A DNA stretch of 64,000 bases. It comes from Lama glama (lineage: Eukaryota). Made by a program: the position numbers and the translations under genes. This document shows, piece after piece, positions 1 to 10,498 of this stretch (position 1 is its first letter; each line of letters begins with the position of its first letter). Under the pieces are notes generated by a model. The model was given only the letters and a program-made list of their open reading frames with translations, was not told where the DNA came from and ran no database searches. The stretch is taken from positions 15,936,001 to 16,000,000 of the forward strand of contig CM052816.1 in the NCBI GenBank assembly GCA_028534125.1, given 5' to 3'.

Positions 1-830
1 AGCGCGCGCGCACACACCTCCCACCGCTTTGCCCAAATTATTTTCGATCCCGGGAGACTCCGGATGCCAGACGCGCTCCGCAGCGGCGGCGGCGGCCGCG
101 CCTGATTCATTGCGCCAAAGCTGCAGATGCGACCTCCCGCCTGCGCCCTGTGCCCCGGCCCGCGCCGGGCTGCGTGCGCGCCTGGAGAGATGGGGGTGGG
201 GTGCGGCAATTTGTAGGAGCTCCCCCCTCAAGAGGCGGGCCCCGGCCCCCCGGGGCCAGGTCCCCGGTCCCCAGCTCCCCGGGCTGCGCTAATTAGCTTC
301 CTCGGGGGGCGCCACGCGGCGTGAGGGGCGGCAATTTCCCGGCTGGGCTGCGGGGGAAGCGCTCCCACCGCCTGGGAAGGTGAAATGGGAAACTCGATTC
401 AAAGAGAGCTTTCCTCCCCCCTCCCGCCAAGCGCCGTAGAAAACGGGTTTGAAATTCCTCCTCTCTCTCTCTCTTTTTTTTTTTTATTTATAGTGCACCG
501 TCTCCATGGAAACCGCGGAGGAGGTCACGGTAGCTGGGCCCCCGCGCGTCACCCCGCGCCTCGCCGGCTGCAGGCGCCCGGATTGCGGCCTCCCAGGCGC
601 CGCGGCCCGCGTGGACTCTACTCCGAGTTCCCCGCCCCCGCTCCACTCCGCCCGCGGCTCAGGCCATATGATTCTGCTGGGTCCCAACCGGGAATGGCGC
701 ACCTGGGCACCAGTGCGCTGGGCTATGCCTCTGTCCCCCGGCTCTGGCACGCGGGAATGCGCCAAGATACACGTGCCCAGCTCCAAGACAAGAACATGTG
801 CCGCGAGACGCCGCCAAGGGGCTCATAGCA
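1..830. promoter_or_regulatory. Orphan CpG island (truncated by window start)
   Basis: Dense CG dinucleotides and GCGGCG repeats; no recognisable protein ORF. Confidence 0.8.
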
Positions 831-899
831 CTAGTGAATGCCCTGGGGGATCGACCTATATAGGCGCACAACTCCAAAGCTCTTGCTAAAACGAGACCA

Positions 900-1075
900 C
901 CCATAGTTAAGAACGCTGGAGTCAACCGAGTCCCGCCTGGATAACTTACTTAGCTATGTGACTTTGAGCCAGTCGCAACCTCTTTGCGTCTCAGCTTGCT
1001 CATCAGCAAAATGGAATTGTGTGGCTGGAGACAAAGTACATTAAACACTTAACACTATGTTCGGCACGTGGTTCT
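900..1075 (+). mobile_element. MIR SINE fragment
   Basis: ACTTAGCTATGTGACTTTGAGC...CTCAGCTTGCTCATCAGCAAAATGG resembles the MIR core. Confidence 0.7.
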
Positions 1076-1229
1076 GGAAAATGGTAGCTGTGGCTGGTGT
1101 TATTTTTTTCAGGCTGGGAAAGCCGAGGCCACAAAACCTTTGCTCAAGGGCGCGGTCAGTCAGAAAACTGGGAGTTACACCTTGGGAGCTCCCCAGCACC
1201 TCAGCTTAGACTCACAGGCCAGAGGTGAG

Positions 1230-2200
1230 GGGACGCGTGCCGGCTGTACAGGGCCTGAGCCTGCCTGAGGCACAACGGGCGGGACCTCCTGAGCTAGCCA
1301 CATCCGCACCCGGAACCCTGGAAACGGGACTCCCCGCGGTGCGCCCCCCCCCCAGCCCCATTAGCAACGGGCCTGCCTGCCCTCCCTCCCAGGGCTGAGG
1401 CCGCACCTGCCCCACCGGATGGCCGCCCCAGGGCCAGATCGTGCCCCCTACCGCGCACACTTCCTCCCGGACCCCCACGGCCCTGTGGAGCGCGCAGGGG
1501 GAGGGGACCGGGCCACCCCCGCCCCGCCAGCTTCCCACAGCCCGAGCAGCCCGGAGCCGGGGAGGCAGGAAGTCTCAGAGCCGGGGCGTGGAGGCGGGGT
1601 AGGGGCAGGAAGTTGGGGGTGACTCTCCCAGAGACCCCAGACAGGGCCCCGGCGTGGGAGCGGGGTGGGCGGGCGCTTAGGGATTAAGGGCGCCCCCCCA
1701 CCCCCGCCTCTGTGGCCTCAGGCCACGTGACCCTGCCCGGAGCGCCCTGCTGGGTGAGGGCGAAGGCCGCTACCTCTGGCGACCCCCCAACAGTGCACAC
1801 AAGGAGGGAGGGGCAGCCTTTGTCTACTTTGCCTCAGACGCAGCCCCCCCACACCCCCTCCCCCCGGGCCCCGTCGGGCCCTGCACAGCCCGGGTTTTCC
1901 ATCCGGCCCGGCTCGGCTCGGCAGCTGTCAGGGGACCGAGCTGACCTTCGCGAGCAGGGAGTTTCAATTAGCCGCAGATCAGATAAGCGGGCGGGCCCGT
2001 CTCTCCGGGCACCGCGGGGGCGCAGCCCCGCCCCCGCCACGCCGCGCCAAACGCGCTCCAGATGGGAACAAAGATGAGGACGCAGCTCCACCTGCCTCCC
2101 CGGGGAGGGGGGAACAGGAGGCCCCGCCGGGAGAAGCTTCCCATCGGAGAAAAGGGTTGCTCACCCTCCCCTGCCCATCTAGGATCTCATTCCGGAGCAA
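1230..2200. promoter_or_regulatory. Second CpG-rich block with GC boxes and an E-box (CACGTGAC 1724-1731)
   Basis: Elevated CpG, several GGGCGG motifs. Confidence 0.6.
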
Positions 2201-2444
2201 GGGGTCTAGCCAAGACAGTCTTTGCTACTCCTCTTGCCTCTGGCGCAGCAGAGAGGTACCTGTCACGCTGACCTCATCCCTAGGCGGGCATCGTGCCCTC
2301 CCTCCCCCAGAGAGATGCTTTTGCCATCTCTGATCTCATCCAGAGCGCTCCCTGTGAGGCTGAGAGAAGCAAGCAAGAGCCCAACAGAGAAAGGAAACTG
2401 AGGTAGAGAAGGGCTGGACTTCCTGGTCCAGGTCACACCAACCA

Positions 2445-3050
2445 CATTTTTTCAGATGTTTGAGTGCCTACTAAGTGCCAGGTGCTGTTCAGACTATGAG
2501 AACATCAGCCCCATAGAGCTTACATTCTGATTCAGGGAGAGAGATCATAATCAAATAAACAAATAGTTTAACAAGATCATTTCAGAATTTCTGAAAAGTC
2601 ATGAAGATATTAAAATAGGTCATGTGAAGGCTGACTTCAGGGAGGCTACCATGTTAGCTACGGTAATCAGGGAGGGCCTCTCTGAGGGGGTGATATCTGA
2701 ACTGAGACCTGAAAGACCAGGAGGAACTTGCCAAGCAAAGGAGAGGATGTGCAACATGCCACAGTGGACATGCCACCGTGGGCGCAAAGGGAAGCAGATA
2801 GAACAGGGCTTTGCAGACCAAGTGAGTGATTGGGTTTTTGAAAAGTGCAAAGGGAGCCTTTGGTGGGTTCTAAACTGGGAGTGACATGGTCTGACTTAAA
2901 TTTTTAAAAATCCCTCTGGCTACTGTATAGATTAGAGGAAAGCAAAGGTGCAGGAGGGAGATGGGGAGGAGGGGACTGGAGGGAAAAAGGGGGTGGAAGA
3001 GGGCTTACAGGATTAGTGATATATTTTGGCAGATGAAGTGGATGTGGGGG
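2445..3050 (-). mobile_element. L2 LINE fragment
   Basis: TTGAGTGCCTACTAAGTGCCAGG, GAGCTTACATTCT, CAGGGAGGGCCTCTCTGAGG, GAGTGACATGGTCTGACTT: typical antisense L2 3' region. Confidence 0.75.
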
Positions 3051-3144
3051 CGAGGTGGAGCAACAGAAACTTGGTGAGAGAGGAAGGACTTAAACGTAGG
3101 TTGGCCTTTGGGAGCATGGAGGGTCTGCTTAGAGGTGAAGAGTA

Positions 3145-3340
3145 AAGTTATGGAGTAAGAATGCCAGGGTTCAAATACTAGAACAGATATTTTCTAGCTC
3201 AGTGACCTTGGGCAAGCACCTCTATCAATTTCTTCAAGTATTTTAAAAAGAAAAGGAGATTGTCACTATAAGCTTTGAAAAGGATAATATCTGAAAGGTA
3301 TTTACCAGAGCCTGGTAAAGAGTAGGTGCTCAATAAATTT
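3145..3340 (+). mobile_element. MIR SINE
   Basis: GGGTTCAAATAC...GTGACCTTGGGCAAG...GCCTGG...GTAGGTGCTCAATAAAT. Confidence 0.75.
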
Positions 3341-3809
3341 CGGCTATTATTTTGGATGTTGCGGCTACTCCCCCTCTCCCCCTATATCTGCCTTTTTGTA
3401 CCAGAACCATCCCCTGGCCTTCCCACCCCACCTCTGGCCTTGTTTTCATTTGCTGAGGACAGAAGCTCCACCTCTCATCTCCTCCCACCCAATCTTTCTT
3501 TGGAAAGGCAGTTTGGGGGGGATCATTGCAAAGGGACTCACCCAATCCTTGTTCACTAAACTGACTGCGGGGCTCCCTCCTCGTCCAGGACCCCAGAGGA
3601 GTCCCTGCCTGCCAGAGGAGTTGAGAGCATTCAACTACCATTCATTCAGTCAGTTGAGTGGCTCTCCAGGCAAGTCTGTGCTGAGTACGGAGAAAAGCAA
3701 ACCCAGGCCCTCCTCTCAGGCAGCTGCTTGGATGACTCTTTGGTTAGGGCATTTTGTGCTCTAGGGCAGGAGAACATGGAGGGGCTCCTTTGGAGAAGCA
3801 GGAACTACA

Positions 3810-4030
3810 ATCGCTCCCATTTATGGAGCCTCTGCCCAGCGCCAGTCACCATGCCCTGGTACATGTCATTGAGTCCTTACAACCACTCAATGAGGTCTAT
3901 TATTATTACTAGTCTTAATTTATGAGCAAATAAACAGAAACTTCCAAAAATGAAATGCCTTGCCCAAAATCACACAGCAATTAAGAGGTGGAGCTGGGAA
4001 TCTAATCCAGGTCCTGCTGAGGCCAAAACA
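3810..4030 (-). mobile_element. MIR SINE
   Basis: CATTTATGGAGC...CCTTACAACC...TTGCCCAAAATCACACAGC...GAGCTGGGA. Confidence 0.7.
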
Positions 4031-4650
4031 GGAGAATTTAAACATTCTATTATCTGGTCTCATATTCTAATAAATGCAAGGATGTCTCTGAAATTCCTGT
4101 GGTGATGGATCTTGCCCTTACTTCCCTCAACTCCCCTATATGCCTAAGGCTTCATCTGAATCCTCAGGAGCCCAGCTTGGTGCCATGTATACAGTAGGTA
4201 CTCAAGTACTGCTTGAATGGAGCTTCCTCTTGACAAAGTAGTGTTGATGCCTGCCTGAACCTTGACATTTCCCCTTGGGTCCTGGGGCCCTTATATCCCA
4301 TTTCAGAGCCTGTCAGTGCTGTTGACTAGAGAGAGAGAAGTTCTAGTTTGCATAATATTTGCATCTGCTTTGCATGCTGCTCACATAACATCAAAATGCA
4401 CAAAGGCCTAGGCCTGGTACCCCATTCCCCCTCTTGGCCTCTCCCCTCCACAACCTGCTGACCCCAAACAGGGGGTGAGGGTTTTTGGGAGTACCCATTT
4501 AGGGTCCAACTAAGCTTGTCTACTTCCAACATTGTGGGGACAGAGATGGGAAGATTCTTGTCTACCCTCATCCCTCACTCTCCTTCATCCCTTCCTGGAG
4601 GAATAGTAGTAGGTCAGAAGCCAGTGGCAAAAGCCACTGTTTGTGCAGAA

Positions 4651-4651
<1 letters not shown>

Positions 4652-4682
<31 letters not shown>
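4652..4682. repeat. (AC)n microsatellite
   Basis: About 15 AC units. Confidence 0.95.
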
Positions 4683-4683
<1 letters not shown>

Positions 4684-5918
4684 CAGTGCAACAGGAAACA
4701 TCTGGGATCTGGGTGCCTGCCTGCCACCCCATGACAGAGGTGGAGAAGGGAAAGGAGGCAGTTCTGCAGTGCTCCTGCTGCTGACAGTGGCTGGGCTGCC
4801 CCCTAGTAGGATCCTCATATCCCTGCCTCTCCTCACACAGATCCAGTCTGCCTCCCCCACAGCCAACTTCACACCTACAGACCCTTCTAATATGGCTCCT
4901 TGGGCTGAGGAAGGGGAGGGTAGGAACAGGAAGAGAGAGAGATGCCAGTAATGGGATGGTAGCAAGGACTGGAAAGAAGGAAACTGTGGCTCTATGATCC
5001 TGGGGAAAGAGGGGGAGAGTCTGTGCCGAGCCTGGCCCTACCCTGGACTTTTAACCAGGTCAGGACCTTTAAGAGACATAATGTGGGGATAGAGGAGGAG
5101 GGAGCTGCTGTGATTGGCTGGTGAGGCATGACTCACAGGAGTGAACAGAGGCCAGTAACTTGTCCCAGTTGGACCCAGACATCACTGTAATGAGTGTCTT
5201 GGGGTCCGAAGGGCCATGAGGTGTCAGCAGTTGAGGACTGTGATTTGCAGAGGTTTTTTGTAGCCCACACATGCCCCTTCCCCTACTCCAGGTTGAGATT
5301 ACAGGTTTGGAGGCATCCTGAAGGTGAACAGAAACTAGAGACCCAGTAATTCAGAATGGTGGTCTCACAAGGGGTCTCTGGATGGATGGAAGGCAGCAGG
5401 ATACTGACTGACTGGCTTTGTGCCAGCCATGTGATGGGTGCTGACGGTGACAGGACACTGAGAACCTGGCAGAGAGCCTCAGACCTACAGACCACCACTG
5501 CACAGACACTGCCCTGGGAGCCCTTCCTGGAGGAAGCAGCACAGGGGCTTGGCTTCAAAGGATGGGGAGAGAAAATGACAAGACAAGACATGTGACTAAA
5601 GGCATGGTGGGCAGGGACCACTTTGGGGTGTCAGGTACACCAGAAGGAGAGAAGAGGGAGGAGGCAGGCAAAGGCTGTATTGTGTCCAGTCTAGAATGCC
5701 TTGTTTTCTCGCTGGGGAGCCAGCACCTTAACAGGCAGGAGAGGACATGAAAGGTGGACACAGACTGGAGGAAGAGGCTGCAACCCTGGCTCACAGGACA
5801 CAACTTACCCCTGCCTTGGGGCATGGAAAGTATCAGGGCTGTGTGAAGTTCCCCAGTGCACCATCAACTCTGTGCACCCACTGCACTGCACTGCACAGCA
5901 TGTTGGGTTCTGCCTCCA

Positions 5919-6278
5919 TGATAGACTGATGTTTATGTTCCTCCAAAATTCACTTTGAATTCCTAATGCCCAGTATGATGGTATAAGGAGGTGGGGGCTT
6001 TGGGAGGTGACTAGGTCATGAGGATGGAGCCTTCCTCAATGGGCTTAGTGCCCTTATGAAAGGGACCCCAGAGAGATCCCCTGCCTCTTCCACCATGTGA
6101 CAACGTAGCGAGAATACAGTGCCTATGAACTAGGAAGCATTTCTTCACTGGACACCGAATCTGCCAGTGCCTTGATCTCGGACTCCCAGTCTCCTAGAAC
6201 TGTGAGAAACAGATGTTTGTCATTTAAGCCACCCAGTCTGTGGTATTTTTGTTATAGCAGCCCAAATGGACTAAGACC
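5919..6278 (+). mobile_element. MLT1A-type ERVL-MaLR solo LTR
   Basis: CTTTGGGAGGTGACTAGGTCATGAGG, TTAGTGCCCTTAT, GCCTTGATCTCGGACTCCCAG, AGAACTGTGAGAAA, TTTAAGCCACCCAGTCTGTGGTATTTTTGTTATAGCAGCC...GACTAAGAC end; ~360 bp. Confidence 0.9.
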
Positions 6279-6559
6279 CCTACCCAAGAGGGGCTCCCTA
6301 GAGGCCTGAGCTCCCAGAGGAAACTTCCACCTGGTGTGGCCTCTCCTGGTCCTTGGCCTCTTCTTGTGTGTGCCCTCGTCTCAGCTGAGACCTTCACAGT
6401 CATCCCCACAGCCCTGGGTGTAACTCCAATTACCATAACTTATAGTCAGAGAATCTCCTTGAGCCTGAGTTTCCTCATCTCAAATGGAAATTTTCTAAAT
6501 TTTCTAGAATTCTTATAAGAATTTAAGTTGGATGAAGTCCTTAACAGAATGCCTGAATT

Positions 6560-7090
6560 TCATTTATTTAATCATTCTCTATTTATTGAGTGCCAGACAT
6601 TGTTTTAGGTACTGGGGTTTCAGTAGTAAATCACAGAGACAAGGTCTCCTGTTCTCAGAGGTTTCCATCCTGGAGAGGGAGAATGAATATAAACCACAAA
6701 TATGTAAATGAGAGAATTTTACATTATGACCAATGCTGTGAAAGTATAAATAGGATAATGTAATAGGGTGACATTACAGCACAACTGGAGGTCAGAGTGG
6801 GTGGTTTTTGATAAGGTGGTCAGGGACCTTGTCTCCAAGGTGTCATTTGAGCTGAGACCTGAATAATGAGGAATCTATTATGCTAAAAGGCAGAGGAAGG
6901 GGGTTCCAGGGAGCAGAAACAGCAAGTGCAAAGGCCCTGAGGCAGGACCCTGGGGAGGCTGGTATGGCTAGAGCAAGGGGAGCAGGTAGGGTAGAGGCTT
7001 GGGTACTGTAGGTCCTCAAGGACTTTGGAAGGAGCCTAGGTTGAATTCTAAGGGCCTTAGAAAATCACTGGAGGTTTTCAGCAGGCGTGT
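6560..7090 (-). mobile_element. L2 LINE fragment
   Basis: ATTTATTGAGTGCCAG..., GGTGGTCAGGGA, TCATTTGAGCTGAGACCTGAA, CAGCAAGTGCAAAGGCCCTGAGGCAGG. Confidence 0.8.
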
Positions 7091-8274
7091 ACTGGGAATT
7101 GATTTACATAGTAATTGCTCAATAAAGGCTTGTTGTTGTCGTAATGAATAATAATAATAATATAAAGCCCAGAGAGGAATAGCAATATGCCCAAGGTCAC
7201 AGAGTCCCCACCACACAGCCCCTTCCTCCTTTGACTGGCCTCCCCTCCCCTAAGGAGCCCTGTGGATCTGCCCCAAGCCTGGCGGGAAGGAGGTGAGGGC
7301 AGCCTCCCTTCCCTCATTCCCGCTCCTTCCCTCCGGCCATTTCCCGTGCTCCTGGCGCCTGCGCCCCAATTAGCCAGCGAGGCTGACGGCCTTGGCTCCA
7401 AATGACAGACACCTCCTGTCACCCCCTGACGGGCGAGGAGATTAACTCTGAGCGGCACCGGTTCCAAGGGACGACAACAGGGAGGGGAGAGGAAGGGGGA
7501 GGGGATGACCAAGCTTCCCCCCACCAAAAGCCCCCAGTGCCTTGGAAGGAAGGGGGGCTGGAGGGGGGACCCAGCTCTCCGAGAAGAGCCCTAGCAGGCT
7601 GGGGAGGACCGCCCCACTCTGCTGATTGGCTGCTCCAGTGGGGGCCAGTGCCCCAGCCTCCACCCTCTGCTGCTCTGAGGGCAGGGACCTTGCGATGCCT
7701 GTGGGTGCTTCACACCTGAACCGTCAGTTCTGGGCACAGAGTGGATGCCCAGTAAGCACTTGTGGCCCGACTGTGCTAAGTACATTTTTTTCATGCAGAA
7801 CTCATGAAACAACACCCCCATTTTAAAGAACAGAAGACTACTAAGGCTCAGAGGTGGAGGGACTAGTTCAAAGATGACACAGATGGCCTAGAATTTGAAC
7901 TGAGGCTGCCTGGTGCCAAAGCAAGTGCCTAACCACTGTACTAGATCACTCTTCTCCTTAGGCAGAGACTCAGCTCATGCCACGTAGGAATTTATAATCA
8001 CTTTGGGGCAATGAGACACAAACCTTGGAAAGGGAATTAACATAGCTGTTCTGGTCATAGATGCTGAGTGCCAGGCAGGGGTCAGAAGTTCCAAGTAACA
8101 CACCCCTAGAGAGTGGAGCCAGGAGAGATGGTACAGAATGGAATTGTGTTTCCTAGAGAAGAGTAAGCGGGATCTCTAACAAAGGTATAACTTGTGAGAA
8201 GAAGACAAGAGGAAGGCATTCTAGGCAGAGAATTTCACAAAGTCTTGAAGGCAGAGAACTGACTGGGCAAGGCA

Positions 8275-8700
8275 TGCATTAATTGGTCAGGACTTCAAGT
8301 TGCAAGTGACAGAAACCCAACACACACTGGTTTAAGCAAAATTAGAACCAATCTGTTCATTCTGAGGCTCGAATAGAAAAGTGTTTGGCTTCAAGTGCAA
8401 GGATCAGCTGCCCTTTGCTGGGTTCATTCACAGATAGTTCTCCCCAAGTGACAGCAGCCTCTGATTCCCACACTACCATATTAACAACCTCTACCCCATA
8501 ATTCCAACCAAAGCTCTGGGATTCAACCTGATTGACTAAGCCCAGGTCGCGTGTCCATCTCTGAACTAATCACTGTGGTAACGTAGGAGTTTGCTGATTG
8601 GCCAGGTCCCCCAGCACTAGTGGTAGGTGAAGTCACTCTAAAGCCCTAAGGGTGGTGGGGGAAGACAAAGGTGGTCCCCAGAAGGGAGGCACCTGGGGCC
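8275..8700 (-). mobile_element. Old MLT1 (J/K/L-like) LTR
   Basis: GTTGCAAGTGACAGAAACCCAA...TGGTTTAAGCAAA and CTGATTG...CAGGTCGCGTGTCCATCTCTGAACTAATCACTGTGG. Confidence 0.7.
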
Positions 8701-9264
8701 AGGCAATACCAGGACTCTTCAGTTCCAGGGCTAGAGTCTAAGCTCCGAATGACTCCTTTATGGGGAGCCTGAGGACCTCCACTCTCCCCAATTCCAAGAG
8801 TTCTCACCTGTGCAGATGACATCCATCAGTCCAGCTCTGGCCAGGTGAGAAGGGGGTCCAGGAAGCCTCCTGATCCAGGACAGGAGGGCCTTGAGAGTTT
8901 CCTCTTACTGAGATGCTTTGGTAAGCTATGGGCTTACCTGATATCTCCACTTATCCTGTACCCTGTAAGTACCCCCTAGAGTTTGTTTCACTATCAGGGT
9001 CTTTAATTGCCTTTTACAAAGTCACCAGATCTGACTGCCAAGAAGAGCAGTTTTGCAACAGGAAAAACTATGGCCAGGTGCCAGGAAGGACTTCTACAGG
9101 TAGAGTTTTCCATCCCATAGTATGGGATGGGCATGGCAGTGTTAGCAAGAGAACAGGCAACAGCTGGGCCAGCCCGCAGTTTAGAGTGAAAAGTACAGCA
9201 GCTCATCCTAGAGCTAATGACTGGAGGTAATGTGCTCCTTTCACCAGGAGGAGTAGGGAAGGCA

Positions 9265-9480
9265 CTGTGCTTTGGCAGTCATGCTTGGGGTTTGGAGCGT
9301 GAACTTGGAAGTCATACTGACAGAGATTTGAATTCTGGGTCAGCTGAAAGATCTTGGGCTTGCGCTGTCCAGTCTTGGTTTTCTTATCTGTATAATGGGG
9401 ATCATACAAGGCCTGACCTCAAGGGATAGCTAAGTGCAAATGAGATATTGCATCCAGGTGCTGAAACAGAGATTCTTCCA
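9265..9480 (+). mobile_element. MIR SINE
   Basis: TTGGAAGTCA...TTTCTTATCTGTATAATGGGGATCATA. Confidence 0.6.
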
Positions 9481-10288
9481 TTAAGGGGCAGCTGTTATTA
9501 CTAATATTCTTCTAGCTCTTGACAAGACAGGCCCTTAGCATAGAGCTACCGGCAACTCTTTCTGGACCTCAGTTTCTCCATTTGTACTTCCAGCCCTCGC
9601 ACTCTTAGGGTGGGTGACTTAGATGATCTCACTGGAGAGAGGACCCCTCCCACATCAGTCAATCCGTGTGTGTCGGGGTGGGGGGGTTGGGGAGGGAAGG
9701 CGACAGGCAATGCCCAACCAACGATTTCACCAGGCTGGGCAGGCAGCGCCAGGCAGGCGGGAGCTGGTCAGGTTTTTAATTGAACGCGATGCAAATGAAA
9801 TGTAAATACCATGCAAATAAGCTCTTGCCAGGAGGCGCTGGGCTGGGAGCAGAGGGAGCAGGGAGGGGACTGCTGAGCAGGGGCCCTCCCCTGTCCCCCT
9901 TTCTCTCTCTCCTGTGGCTGCCCATGCCCCTGCCCAACCCCTGGTGCCGCCCACCCAGCCAGGCCATTACATTCTCGGAACAGCGGGCACTGCATCCCCC
10001 GAGAGCCACCCCCTTCCAGATCCACATCTCTAACCCTGAGGCTCCTGGTGGTGGTGACAGGATGCTCAATGAGGAGCCATAGAACCTGTGGTTGGGACTA
10101 CGCTAACCCAAACACAGTCACACAGAAAGACCCATGGAGACATAGAGGGGACACACAGATATAGACATGCAGGAACCTACATTTCCCTCTCAAGTTCCCT
10201 GCAACACTGAGACCCACAAGGGCAGCCAATAACACACAAATATATACAATTGCACATTGCATCGCAAATACACACAGTGGCAGAAATA

Positions 10289-10389
10289 CACCCAGTCATA
10301 GGGGCACATGCCTACACACACACACACACATACACATTTACAGAGCCTGTCCTGCCATGAGGATGGCACCCAGTCATAGGGGCACATGC

Positions 10390-10459
<70 letters not shown>

Positions 10460-10498
10460 GCGCGCGCCCAGAGAGTCTGCCCTGCCATGAGGATGGCA
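10289..10498. repeat. Tandem duplication whose units each contain a (CA)n tract; second unit has (CA)~32(CG)5
   Basis: CACCCAGTCATAGGGGCACATGCCTACAC at 10289 and 10367; CCTGCCATGAGGATGGCA closes both units. Confidence 0.9.
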
